The position numbers were made by a program, and so were the translations under genes. The notes beneath the pieces are model-generated. The model searched no databases, had not been told where the DNA came from, and saw only the letters and a program-made list of their open reading frames with translations. A stretch of 64,000 bases of DNA from a phage: the sequence record PZ452583.1, one strand, 5' to 3'. The stretch's first letter is position 1, and the number at the start of each line of letters is the position of its first letter. Below are positions 1 through 8,452 of this stretch, one piece after another.

Positions 1-799
1 AAACTGCTTCTTGACCGATTTTATTAAATGCATCAGTCGGGTCTTCGTCTAAAACAATATTAACTAATCTTTCATTAGCTTCTTCTATTTCCGATTTTAG
101 CGTTCTAGCTTCTTTTGCCAAATCATCATACATATTTTGCAGACGAGTAAGATTGTCACCCGTTAATTTTTTCTGGCGTTCAACGTTATCATTATATATT
201 TTAATTTGTTGGATAATACTATCTTTTTTAACATCAAGCACTTGGTTTTGTGAATTTAATTCACGTATTAGTGCTTTATTAAGCTTATCCATTTCAGCTA
301 ATGTTCCTACCTCAAGCAGGTCTTCCACAAGCTTTCTTCGTGCAGGGGTCGACAAACCCATGAAAGGGGTATACCCTGCTGTACCAAGGACAACAATCTG
401 CTTGAAACTGGCATATGACATTCCGATAAGCTGTTCAAATTCTGCTTGGAAATCTTTACTGCTGGCAGATTCATTAAGACGTGTACCGTTAACGGTGATT
501 TCGAAAACGTTTGGTTTTTGTCCTCTTTTGATATAGTACTTTTTCTCATCATATTCCATCCACAGTTCAACTAAAAGTTCTTTCTTATTTGTGCTGTTTA
601 TTAATTGACCTTTCTTTACATCACGAAATGGTTTGCCAAAAAGCCCAAATGTGATGGCTTCTAACATAGTAGACTTACCACCGCCATTTCGGCCAGTAAT
701 AAGAGTTTTTTGAACCTTATCTAATTGAATGTCAATAGGATTTCCACCTACTGACATTATATTTTGATACCTAACTCGGTTTAATTTAAAATTCTTCAC
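1..799 (-). CDS. 46: Recombination endonuclease subunit gp46 (SbcC/Rad50-like ATPase), N-terminal part; gene continues past window start
   Basis: Minus-strand frame open from 799 to position 1; GTG start; N-terminus VKNFKLNRVRYQNIMSVGGNPIDIQL...GRNGGGKSTMLEAITFGLFG (Walker A) matches T4 gp46 as recalled; sits next to gene 47. Confidence 0.88.
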   Translation of the reverse strand, partial: MKNFKLNRVRYQNIMSVGGNPIDIQLDKVQKTLITGRNGGGKSTMLEAITFGLFGKPFRDVKKGQLINSTNKKELLVELWMEYDEKKYYIKRGQKPNVFEITVNGTRLNESASSKDFQAEFEQLIGMSYASFKQIVVLGTAGYTPFMGLSTPARRKLVEDLLEVGTLAEMDKLNKALIRELNSQNQVLDVKKDSIIQQIKIYNDNVERQKKLTGDNLTRLQNMYDDLAKEARTLKSEIEEANERLVNIVLDEDPTDAFNKIGQEAV

Positions 800-1059
800 A
801 AAAGATTCCTTTTAATGTATCTTTTAGACCATTCTATCATATCATCATAATCTAAAAAGTATTCATCAAATTCAGCCATGCAAACAACACCTTGTGCTGC
901 TTTTGATGTGATATAAATTATTCCAACATATCTAGAATCTTCTTCGGTATAATCAATATTTGCTATGAATTCATCATTAATGTCAAATGTCGAAAACTTC
1001 ACAGTATGCATCCTTAATACAAGATACAGCCATATCTTGTAATGATTTAGGTGTGTCAT
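796..1059 (-). CDS. Hypothetical small protein (46.1-like position); start uncertain (ATG 1059, ATG 1011 or GTG 1002)
   Basis: ORF between genes 47 and 46, stop overlaps the gp46 start; overlaps the neighbouring ORF 983..1246 in another frame so one start is over-called. Confidence 0.4.
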   Translation of the reverse strand: MTHLNHYKIWLYLVLRMHTVKFSTFDINDEFIANIDYTEEDSRYVGIIYITSKAAQGVVCMAEFDEYFLDYDDMIEWSKRYIKRNLL

Positions 1060-1246
1060 TATCTAAAATGTTGAAGTTAAAAGATACAGCCCAGTCAGTG
1101 CAGACCGTAACCTTTTTAATACAATTATCTTCAACCTCTAACGGTTCAAACCAATATTCAATAATTTCTTTATGACCAATATCATCTTTTACTTCGCATT
1201 CAAAATGCTGACTCATCATAACATTTTTAAATTCATCAAAAGTCAT
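983..1246 (-). CDS. Hypothetical protein, 87 aa
   Basis: ATG start overlapping the gene 47 stop (coupled); coding strand of operon. Confidence 0.5.
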   Translation of the reverse strand: MTFDEFKNVMMSQHFECEVKDDIGHKEIIEYWFEPLEVEDNCIKKVTVCTDWAVSFNFNILDNDTPKSLQDMAVSCIKDAYCEVFDI

Positions 1247-2262
1247 TGTGTTGCCTCTACATATAGCTGGTTTGCATATTGAATAAGTGCTTCACGGTCA
1301 GAATCAGTGATGTCTGGAATTGCATTAATGTATTCTTCCATCAACGTCTGAAGAGATTGAACTTCAACTTCTTCACTGTCATCTGACTCGACAGAGTTAT
1401 CAATCTTTGACACAACTCGTAATGAATGCACAACTTTTTCTAGTTCAGATTCGAACTTCGTCAGATTTTTGTCTACTTCAGTTACTATAACACGTACTGA
1501 TAGATTTGTAAAATCTTTATAGTCAATTTTTCCTTTAAATGGATAATGAATTCTACGATGCCAGGTAGTATTGTTTGGAATAAATTCCATTCGTTCTGTT
1601 TCTGTATCAAACATCCAGAACCCACGAGGGTCATTCTCGTCACCTGCAGTTAGTGTCCATGGTGTCCCAATATATCTGACGTTAGCAGCCTCAGAGATAG
1701 TATGGAAGTGACCAGACCACACTTCTTTATAAGTCTTAAGGAAATCAGGTTCAAGACCATGAGATTTCATTCCTTTATAAAAATAAAATCCGTTCAGTTC
1801 CCAGTGACCAACGCAAAAAGAAGCAGATGAAGTTTTGATGTGTTCAAGAATTTCACCAGTATTTTCTTCACACATCCAAGGAATTAAATCAATTAAACAT
1901 CCGTCAAAATCTACTGTAGTAGGCTTATCATATACTTTAACATTAGGATATTTAGCCAAAAGCTCAGTAGAGGCATTTGGATGCATTACATTTTTGTAGT
2001 GGAGATCGTGATTTCCTACAATAGTATGTAATGTGATTCCAGCATCATCAAGCATTTGAACTATTTCGCGAGCGAACTCCATAGTTTTATGCGTGATTGC
2101 TTTTCGCACATCAAAAATATCGCCGTATTGAATCCATGTAGTAATTCCATTTTTCTTAGAATATTCTATTGCTTGTTTAATTCCATCAATTTGAATACCG
2201 CGAATCCACTCATCATCAGCTTTAACGCCTAAATGCCAATCACCTAAATTTAAAATTTTCAT
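1243..2262 (-). CDS. 47: Recombination nuclease subunit gp47 (Mre11/SbcD-like)
   Basis: 339 aa, same length as T4 gp47; N-terminal metallophosphatase motifs (LGDWHLG, GDIFD, GNHD); ATG verified. Confidence 0.93.
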   Translation of the reverse strand: MKILNLGDWHLGVKADDEWIRGIQIDGIKQAIEYSKKNGITTWIQYGDIFDVRKAITHKTMEFAREIVQMLDDAGITLHTIVGNHDLHYKNVMHPNASTELLAKYPNVKVYDKPTTVDFDGCLIDLIPWMCEENTGEILEHIKTSSASFCVGHWELNGFYFYKGMKSHGLEPDFLKTYKEVWSGHFHTISEAANVRYIGTPWTLTAGDENDPRGFWMFDTETERMEFIPNNTTWHRRIHYPFKGKIDYKDFTNLSVRVIVTEVDKNLTKFESELEKVVHSLRVVSKIDNSVESDDSEEVEVQSLQTLMEEYINAIPDITDSDREALIQYANQLYVEATQ

Positions 2263-2399
2263 ATATCAAGAACCGTCATTGAAATGCAAAATAAAATTAT
2301 TGAAATAAACCCATCTGGTGTGCTAAAGAACCCAATCCAACATGCTCTAGTGAATAGATAAAATGCAAGAAAAAGTATCACATATCCAAGAAATATCAT
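2259..2399 (-). CDS. Small hydrophobic protein, 46 aa (below ORF-track cutoff)
   Basis: Hand-translated MIFLGYVILFLAFYLFTRACWIGFFSTPDGFISIILFCISMTVLDI; TGA overlaps the gene 47 ATG (ATGA coupling). Confidence 0.35.
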   Translation of the reverse strand: MIFLGYVILFLAFYLFTRACWIGFFSTPDGFISIILFCISMTVLDI

Positions 2400-2422
2400 T
2401 ATATCAAACTCCGTATAAAGCT

Positions 2423-2440
2423 AAAGGGCCGAAGCCCTTT
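2423..2440 (-). other. GC-rich tetraloop hairpin (AAAGGGC-UUCG-GCCCUUU on the transcript) at the a-gt stop
   Basis: Perfect 7-bp stem read in sequence; no clear U-run after it, so more likely an RNA stability/processing element than a terminator. Confidence 0.4.
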
Positions 2441-3641
2441 ATTTTGTAATAATGTCAAACTGTTCTTTAAAGCAGAAGCTTGAATCTTGATGCTGATACA
2501 AAAATTCATAAGCTTTTTCGCGTTCACGGTCATAAAGAGTTCGGTCAGATGACAGTTCTTTAATACGCTCGAATGTTGATTCCATGTCATTTTCATCAAA
2601 CCAAATGATACCGCTATCATGCGAGGTCAAAGGAGTATTATCAACACGGAATTTTAAATTTTCGCCAGTAGATTTCCAAAATACCGGAATTGTTCCACAT
2701 GCACCAAGCTCGAGATGAGTATATTCTAAAGAACGTTGTAGATATTTTTTGTCCAACTTACTCAGCTGATAACCAAAACCGGATTTACTCATGCGTTCAA
2801 GCATTTCGCTATTTACATAACGGTCAAGAATTTGCGTTGGCAAATTAGGAGCAATTTTAATTTGGTCTACTTGATGAAGACGATAATACTCGTATGGAAT
2901 TCCTTTTTCTTTAATAGGAATGAACGCTGGAGAACGTTCCAGACCTTCCATAATAGTACTTAGTCCTGCAGGTTTAAGATGTTTTTCATGAAAATCAAAC
3001 ATCTGATAAAAACCTTTCCATGTAGTCGTACGACCAATCCAACGGTTGATATTCATGTTAATTTCAGAAACATCTTTCCAGTAGGTTGACCGAACCTTCG
3101 CAATATCCATAGGAGGCTGAAAGTTATATACTGTCGGTGCTTCTTCAATATCATCAAACAGAGAAACTGTTTCAGGATACCATTCTTTCATCAGAACTTT
3201 ATTAAAATCACCATTATCAGAATGGCTAAAAATAACATCAGCTCGACGAACAGTTTCTTCTAATCCCAAATTTCGGCGCAAAGAAAGAGAAGAATGGTCA
3301 TGTTGATAAACTACAACACGAACAGAAGGTTTAATGTTATCAATAATTTTTTTATAGTTATTAATAGTGTCTTCTTCAACCGAAGTAGCAGGAACTGAAT
3401 TGATAATTAGAATATCACAATCATTTACCAGCTTAAGTGTTTTATCATATTCTTTTGCCAATAAAACCGGAATTGAAAATGATTTATAATCATGCGCGCA
3501 ATTACGAGTAAATGATTTATCTTTAGCATAAACCAAAGTTACTTCATGACCATTTTTAATAAACCAATCACGTTGCTCGAGTGAGAATTTTGTTACACCA
3601 CAACCTTCAAGACCTCGAGCCATAAAAATACATACTTTCAT
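2439..3641 (-). CDS. a-gt: DNA alpha-glucosyltransferase
   Basis: 400 aa; N-terminus ...CIFMARGLEGCGVTKFSLEQRDWFIKNGHEVTLVYAKDKSF matches T4 alpha-gt as recalled; position between 47 and 55. Confidence 0.88.
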   Translation of the reverse strand: MKVCIFMARGLEGCGVTKFSLEQRDWFIKNGHEVTLVYAKDKSFTRNCAHDYKSFSIPVLLAKEYDKTLKLVNDCDILIINSVPATSVEEDTINNYKKIIDNIKPSVRVVVYQHDHSSLSLRRNLGLEETVRRADVIFSHSDNGDFNKVLMKEWYPETVSLFDDIEEAPTVYNFQPPMDIAKVRSTYWKDVSEINMNINRWIGRTTTWKGFYQMFDFHEKHLKPAGLSTIMEGLERSPAFIPIKEKGIPYEYYRLHQVDQIKIAPNLPTQILDRYVNSEMLERMSKSGFGYQLSKLDKKYLQRSLEYTHLELGACGTIPVFWKSTGENLKFRVDNTPLTSHDSGIIWFDENDMESTFERIKELSSDRTLYDREREKAYEFLYQHQDSSFCFKEQFDIITK

Positions 3642-3692
3642 TTAATATCCTCTTTGTTTTGGTTTATTTTACCAAAAATTTATAAAGCAATA

Positions 3693-3710
3693 TAGGAGCC
3701 GAAGCTCCTA
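3693..3710 (-). terminator. Tetraloop hairpin (UAGGAGC-UUCG-GCUCCUA) followed by a U-rich tract, upstream of a-gt
   Basis: 7-bp stem read in sequence; U-rich run downstream on the minus strand. Confidence 0.45.
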
Positions 3711-3821
3711 TCCACATAATACGCCATACAGAGGCTCATTAGAACTTTTAAATTTTATGCGCTTATATTTTATAGTTCCTTCTGCTTTAGCTTTATCATG
3801 AGACTCTTTAAAGAGTCTCAT
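3708..3821 (-). CDS. Possible 37-aa basic small ORF starting inside a 30-bp palindrome
   Basis: Hand-translated MRLFKESHDKAKAEGTIKYKRIKFKSSNEPLYGVLCG; SD GAGGAA 3 nt upstream; could be non-coding. Confidence 0.25.
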   Translation of the reverse strand: MRLFKESHDKAKAEGTIKYKRIKFKSSNEPLYGVLCG

Positions 3822-3824
3822 GAT
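3795..3824. repeat. Perfect 30-bp palindrome ATCATGAGACTCTTTAAAGAGTCTCATGAT, followed at 3825-3840 by a second inverted repeat TTCCTC-TTTA-GAGGAA
   Basis: Read directly; both 15-nt halves are exact reverse complements. Confidence 0.8.
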
Positions 3825-3884
3825 TTCCTCTTTAGAGGAACGAATTTTATTATAATCTATTTCAGAAGTCTGGGTGTTCATCTT

Positions 3885-4088
3885 TCATAACTGCCACCAT
3901 TTTTTGACTTGATAAGAATCAACCCACACTTTCATATTAGGGTCTGCTCTTACAATAGGAGGATTAACTTCTTTAATTGAACTATCATGGTATTCTTTTT
4001 CAGAAATTTTCACACAAAGATGACCATTCAAAGATTCAGTAAATCCTGCATTAATTTTAAGACGCTTGAATTTTACGTGTGTAAGCAT
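3885..4088 (-). CDS. Hypothetical protein, 67 aa
   Basis: ORF-track start is TTG at 4091; first ATG is 4088. Confidence 0.45.
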   Translation of the reverse strand: MLTHVKFKRLKINAGFTESLNGHLCVKISEKEYHDSSIKEVNPPIVRADPNMKVWVDSYQVKKWWQL

Positions 4089-4374
4089 CAATCATATCCT
4101 CAATTTGCGATCTAGTAGTCTTCCAAAGAATACTGATGAGTTCATCGTTATATGGCTGTTTTAGAATATCCCGACTTTTCTTGATAGCATATTCGTATTG
4201 AGCAAAATTATTGTTTTCAGCTGCGATCTGAGCGTGCTTATAAAGACGATTCAGTTCGCGTTTGTTTTTAGACAATAACTTATTTGCTTTTCTTTCTGCT
4301 TCAAGACGGTTCTTTTCTTCAATAGAAGAAATAAGCTTTTCCACTTCATCATTAATTTCGGGTTTATCAGTCAT
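4057..4374 (-). CDS. Hypothetical protein, 105 aa, helical/charged
   Basis: ATG verified; coding strand between a-gt and 55. Confidence 0.55.
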   Translation of the reverse strand: MTDKPEINDEVEKLISSIEEKNRLEAERKANKLLSKNKRELNRLYKHAQIAAENNNFAQYEYAIKKSRDILKQPYNDELISILWKTTRSQIEDMIDAYTRKIQAS

Positions 4375-4375
4375 A

Positions 4376-4594
4376 TTATTTCTCTAATATAAAATAAAAA
4401 TCATCATCTGTTAAATGATACCTGTAATTTAATTCTACACCATTAGATTTAAAAGCGGTATCATACGGATTTTCTGGATCAATATCAATGTCAAGAGCTA
4501 AAACTTCCCTGAGATACATTTTAAGTAAATAGGGAATAGCTTCAACTTCAGGTATTTCTTCCAAGAATCCGGAGAGGTTAATCGTTAGCCTCAT
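4376..4594 (-). CDS. Hypothetical protein, 72 aa
   Basis: ATG verified; short overlap with gene 55 stop. Confidence 0.5.
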
Positions 4595-5135
4595 ATAAAA
4601 AATCCAAACTAGGAGAATCGTCTACAACACTTTTCTTTTCAGCCCCCGGTGTTCTATAGGTTGATTCTTCGTAATGCGTCATTTTATCGTAGATGTCTTG
4701 AATAAAAGTTTCATCTACTAACGCAACCATATCGTCGTCACGACTGTCATAGACATTGTGAACGAAGTAACTATATTTCTTTGCAACTTCCTTACGTTCT
4801 TTTTTAATACGCTGGACGAATGCATTAAAACAAGCTTGAGTTATATATGCATGTGGGTTTTTATATTTCGTTTCATCAAAATTATGAAGCCCCTTAATAG
4901 AAGCTTCTATACCATCTGCAATCATTTCTTGTTTCCAAGACTGGGTGTATCCTGAAAAGTTGAAACGTTTAGATAAGCCTTCTGCAATAAGCATAATGGC
5001 TAATCCGATAGTATCATTCTGACGAACTACTTTATTTGGGTCTTTATTATTTGCTAATTCTGTTTTCCAATCAATAATAGCTTGTAAAAGCTCTTTATTG
5101 TTTACGTAATTATATTTAGGCTTAGTTTCTGACAT
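4578..5135 (-). CDS. 55: Late-transcription sigma factor gp55
   Basis: 185 aa from ATG 5135 ([23 protein letters not shown]...YEAND) matches T4 gp55 as recalled; the ORF-track start at 5141 is an upstream GTG. Confidence 0.93.
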
Positions 5136-5213
5136 TTTCACCTCTTAGCTCAATTCATAGATCTATTATATCATAATATTTGAAGATCTATCTTAAAGCA
5201 TAGAGGATATCAG

Positions 5214-5483
5214 TTATCTAAGTAAACAGTATGCTTGGAACACTTTCTCCATCATCTTTTTAAATTCATGAATATCTATATAATGACTAGTTAAATCAGC
5301 ATGATATAAAAAGTCTAAAAACTTTTCATGTGTGCTAACATATTCACTTTCATTTAATTCAGAAACATGACTTTCCCAATATCCAACACCAGTCTTATTT
5401 GGGAAAAATGAAATTTTCATGTATTGGTCAACATAGAAAATGCCATAATTTTCAATAGTAATAGAAATATTAATAAATTTCAT
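5214..5483 (-). CDS. Hypothetical protein, 89 aa (55.x region)
   Basis: ATG verified; ATGA coupling with upstream ORF. Confidence 0.55.
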   Translation of the reverse strand: MKFINISITIENYGIFYVDQYMKISFFPNKTGVGYWESHVSELNESEYVSTHEKFLDFLYHADLTSHYIDIHEFKKMMEKVFQAYCLLR

Positions 5484-5695
5484 ACATTCATCAACTTAGC
5501 CGCTTCAAGAGCTGCATCTAGTGAATCAAATTGGTCAACATATTCAATCAATTCGCCATAATTGGCATATAACCACCATTGGCTAAATTCATACTCAAGG
5601 ATGAATCCGTTTCCTTCAATTTGAGTTAAACCAATGCCATTTGTATTTACTTCATACCCAGCAAGACGTAAATCGTTAATAAGAGCTTCGTTCAT
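5480..5695 (-). CDS. Hypothetical protein, 71 aa
   Basis: ATG verified; coupled to neighbours. Confidence 0.55.
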   Translation of the reverse strand: MNEALINDLRLAGYEVNTNGIGLTQIEGNGFILEYEFSQWWLYANYGELIEYVDQFDSLDAALEAAKLMNV

Positions 5696-5697
5696 AA

Positions 5698-6024
5698 TTA
5701 TACCTTAGTAATTTTCAGGTCTGCAAATTTTTTCTTGCGTTGATTTTTCATACGACGAATAGTTTTATCGGAAATTTCATGCTTTTGATAAGCTTTAGAT
5801 TCTACGCCAAAAGCTTTAACATCAAATTCTGACAAGATATATTGAACCAACAATTCACGGACAGTATTGCGTCCAATCTTCTGATCATTCTGTTTCATCG
5901 TCTGATGAAGCTCTTTTTCCCATTTATCCAAAATTTGAGGAGTTACAATATCGCCTTTTTCTAGCAAAGAAACTACTTTATCATATGCGTAAGAATTGAT
6001 GGCGTTTTTAATTTGAATAGTCAT
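5698..6024 (-). CDS. Hypothetical protein, 108 aa
   Basis: ATG verified. Confidence 0.6.
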   Translation of the reverse strand: MTIQIKNAINSYAYDKVVSLLEKGDIVTPQILDKWEKELHQTMKQNDQKIGRNTVRELLVQYILSEFDVKAFGVESKAYQKHEISDKTIRRMKNQRKKKFADLKITKV

Positions 6025-6061
6025 ACATTATCCTCAATTGCATTAAAATTTTATTATCCAA

Positions 6062-6077
6062 AAGGGCCGAAGCCCTT
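6062..6077 (-). terminator. Tetraloop hairpin (AAGGGC-UUCG-GCCCUU) with downstream U-rich tract
   Basis: 6-bp stem read in sequence between ORFs 6076..6276 and 5698..6024. Confidence 0.4.
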
Positions 6078-6276
6078 AGCTAAACTTTTTGGCACCCTTC
6101 CAGCCTTCGTACATCATTGCGGCTGATATTAATATTGCTCCTGAGCAACTTGAATATTTGTGATTCCAAAACCAGTTTAGAAAAACTTCATCATCAATAC
6201 CTTGGGCTATCATATTTTCAAAGAACTGACGACGAGCTTCGGCAATTCGTTGTGATAATTTAGATTCAGGATTCAT
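6076..6276 (-). CDS. Hypothetical protein, 66 aa
   Basis: ATG verified. Confidence 0.5.
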   Translation of the reverse strand: MNPESKLSQRIAEARRQFFENMIAQGIDDEVFLNWFWNHKYSSCSGAILISAAMMYEGWKGAKKFS

Positions 6277-6408
6277 TTAAATTTTCCAGTTACCATTTTC
6301 ATCAATAAATTTAATCCAGTCATTTACTGACCACTTAGTTGTATCGCCTTTTGGAGTAACATTTAAAGTGTATAACCCCTGCTTAAAAAGCATTCGTTTA
6401 ATATTCAT
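6277..6408 (-). CDS. Hypothetical small protein, 43 aa (trimmed from ORF 6277..6492)
   Basis: ORF-track start is TTG and overlaps ORF 6416..6754; internal ATG 6408 has SD GAGG upstream. Confidence 0.35.
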   Translation of the reverse strand: MNIKRMLFKQGLYTLNVTPKGDTTKWSVNDWIKFIDENGNWKI

Positions 6409-6415
6409 ATTTTCC

Positions 6416-6709
6416 TCAGCTGTAACGATAACATTCGTTTGATTTGCGCTTAGCAACTCGTTGAGATGTATTATAATCAAAATCATCGTCAATGTAAACT
6501 GATTTTTTCAACTTTCTTACTTCACCACGCAGTTGACGATTCAATTCATTCTTAACCTCTGAATCAACACCTCGCATACGTCGCCATTTATCTGAACGAA
6601 AAATGTTTTCAACCATATCTTTATGACTTACCCCATCAGGAGCTTTACGCTTTCCGAAATAGTCATAATCACGAACTTTCAAGTCTTTACGACGATACGT
6701 TTTACCCAT
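6416..6709 (-). CDS. Hypothetical basic protein, 97 aa
   Basis: ORF-track start is GTG at 6754; ATG 6709 has SD AAGGA. Confidence 0.5.
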   Translation of the reverse strand: MGKTYRRKDLKVRDYDYFGKRKAPDGVSHKDMVENIFRSDKWRRMRGVDSEVKNELNRQLRGEVRKLKKSVYIDDDFDYNTSQRVAKRKSNECYRYS

Positions 6710-6884
6710 GGAGTTTAATTTCCTTAGCAACTGAACTAAATACAGCACGATCACAAATCATGTGTTTATGTAACTTAAGTATAAGATAATAAACATCATA
6801 ACCATTTACGTAAGTAACACGAACAACATTACCATTAATAAAATAATATTGTCCCTTTTTAATTTCTTTATCAACCACAACCAT
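6702..6884 (-). CDS. Hypothetical protein, 60 aa
   Basis: ATG verified with SD GAGGA; first gene downstream of early promoter 6915..6944. Confidence 0.5.
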   Translation of the reverse strand: MVVVDKEIKKGQYYFINGNVVRVTYVNGYDVYYLILKLHKHMICDRAVFSSVAKEIKLHG

Positions 6885-6914
6885 ATCAAATCCTCAAAGG
6901 CAATTCATATGTTA

Positions 6915-6944
6915 ATAATACCACGGTTTGAACTTGTTGTAAAC
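6915..6944 (-). promoter_or_regulatory. T4-type early promoter (-35 GTTTAC, 18-bp spacer, -10 TATTAT)
   Basis: Read on minus strand; conserved upstream block TTTCACAAAGTT-GTTTAC shared with other copies in the window. Confidence 0.6.
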
Positions 6945-7042
6945 AACTTTGTGAAAATTATTTTAGGGAATGATAAGAAGGGAACGATAGCTTAGAATGG
7001 TAATATACAGAATGTAAGAAAGAAAGGCCCAGAAGGCCCGTC

Positions 7043-7366
7043 TTAGTCTTCTATGATATCTCTATCATATCCAAGTGAAATGAGAGTTTCTTTGAAGTGT
7101 TTAATGTTCTTTTGTCTAGAATCATTAATGAAAATGACTGGATAACGAATGTTAAGAGATGTGAATCCAGCGCGTTTAGCAAGAGATACAATCAGCGGAC
7201 GATCATACTCAATCTTACCATTATTTGTAAGAACTTTATAGAAAGTAAAAGGAGCATTGAGCTCCTTTAGAAGTTTTGTAACTGATTGACATCCAGGACA
7301 ACGACCAACTTCATCTGGAATTCCGTAGACTTCAATCTTATTCTTTAAGTTCGAGTTTTGTTCCAC
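7043..7366 (-). CDS. nrdH: Glutaredoxin/thioredoxin-fold protein (NrdH-like), about 107 aa
   Basis: CPGC redox motif after a KIEVYG strand; ORF-track N-terminus is hydrophobic read-through; start placed at in-frame GTG 7366 (no ATG available), start uncertain. Confidence 0.55.
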   Translation of the reverse strand: MEQNSNLKNKIEVYGIPDEVGRCPGCQSVTKLLKELNAPFTFYKVLTNNGKIEYDRPLIVSLAKRAGFTSLNIRYPVIFINDSRQKNIKHFKETLISLGYDRDIIED

Positions 7367-7649
7367 GAGAAATAATTCCTTGGTAAGCCCAATAAGGAGG
7401 ATTAACAGAATCCTCACCAGAGTTTTCTTCAGGAAAATAAACCTGGATAACGAAGCCGGATTCATCAAAGGTGAAATAAGTAGTAGGCAGTTCACCTAAC
7501 AAATCGGCACGAGCGTTGATTTCTTCGAGGTCTTGTTCACGTCCAGCCCAGAAGCTTGGGTTCAGACTACATTCATAGAAATAATAGTCATTACCGAACA
7601 TATCAAAACCATTCCAACTCTCTACTACATACCGCTCAAAACTAATCAT
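7338..7649 (-). CDS. Hypothetical protein, 103 aa, aromatic-rich
   Basis: ATG verified. Confidence 0.55.
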   Translation of the reverse strand: MISFERYVVESWNGFDMFGNDYYFYECSLNPSFWAGREQDLEEINARADLLGELPTTYFTFDESGFVIQVYFPEENSGEDSVNPPYWAYQGIISRGTKLELKE

Positions 7650-7651
7650 AA

Positions 7652-7867
7652 TTAAGCCTTTTTATCAAGAACAGCATTCAGCTTGTTAGTAATTTTATCC
7701 AGACGCTTATTGAACTCACTAGAAGATAAGCCCTTTTCTGGAGAAATTAAACTAATCACGAAAAATATAGCAATAAAAGGAATAAGGAAAATAGCTCCAA
7801 CTGCCATAAACAGAAAGAATGTTACAGTTGTAAGAAAATCAGCTAAACCTTTACGAAATTTATACAT
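7652..7867 (-). CDS. Small membrane protein, 71 aa
   Basis: ATG verified; one long hydrophobic segment (FLFMAVGAIFLIPFIAIFFVISLI). Confidence 0.5.
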   Translation of the reverse strand: MYKFRKGLADFLTTVTFFLFMAVGAIFLIPFIAIFFVISLISPEKGLSSSEFNKRLDKITNKLNAVLDKKA

Positions 7868-7981
7868 ATTTACCCTTAATTAATTAACCAAGCATTGATA
7901 AGCACTAAACTATATTGCGAATAAAATTCTGGACCAAAATGAAAAATCATATCATTTATAGTATCCATAATGTAATTCAAT

Positions 7982-8452
7982 TTAATCATGTGTCCACACC
8001 CCATCGGTATTTGACCAAAGTCGCTGATTATCTGATCCTCGCCACAGCTTTTTGGTCGGAAGATTTTTCTCATACTTCCCATCAATAATAACATCAACAT
8101 ATTTAAGCATTTCTAGTTGTTTAATATCTTCAAACTTATATCCTGTCCACAACCAAATGCTTTTATTGGGATAAAGATTTTTAATAGTTTGAACCACAGA
8201 GTGAATCACGTCTCTGTTATCAGGATAAAGAGGGTCACCTCCGGTTATAGTTAATCCTTCTATATAATCATTATTCAAACATTCAATCAATTGTTCTAGT
8301 GTTTCACCAGTGAATGGAATACCATTTCTAGCATTCCATGTTGATTTATTATAACACCCTTCGCATTTATGCAAACAACCTGTAACGAAAAGAACGACCC
8401 TGCATCCAGGGCCATTCACAAAATCACAGGGATAAAATCTATCATAATTCAT
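7982..8452 (-). CDS. nrdG: Anaerobic ribonucleotide reductase activating protein (radical SAM)
   Basis: 156 aa; matches T4 NrdG as recalled; Cys cluster CLHKCEGC; ATGA coupling with nrdD. Confidence 0.93.
   Translation of the reverse strand: MNYDRFYPCDFVNGPGCRVVLFVTGCLHKCEGCYNKSTWNARNGIPFTGETLEQLIECLNNDYIEGLTITGGDPLYPDNRDVIHSVVQTIKNLYPNKSIWLWTGYKFEDIKQLEMLKYVDVIIDGKYEKNLPTKKLWRGSDNQRLWSNTDGVWTHD

Noticed and set aside
153-536. Plus-strand ORF of 127 aa, and similar plus-strand ORFs in the ORF track throughout 1-43,400 (for example 9302..9517, 13063..13299, 21569..21889, 33360..33569)
   Set aside because: They lie antisense inside confidently identified minus-strand genes (gp46, nrdD and others) and their translations are low-complexity; artefacts of an AT-rich genome.
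2399-2620. ORF 2399..2620 (73 aa) overlapping the 3' end of a-gt
   Set aside because: Out of frame inside the a-gt coding sequence; the small 46-aa ORF 2259..2399 downstream is the more plausible gene in this interval.
7876-8100. ORF 7876..8100 (74 aa) overlapping the 3' part of nrdG
   Set aside because: Most of it is out of frame within nrdG; only about 100 nt downstream of the nrdG stop is free, too short to call confidently.
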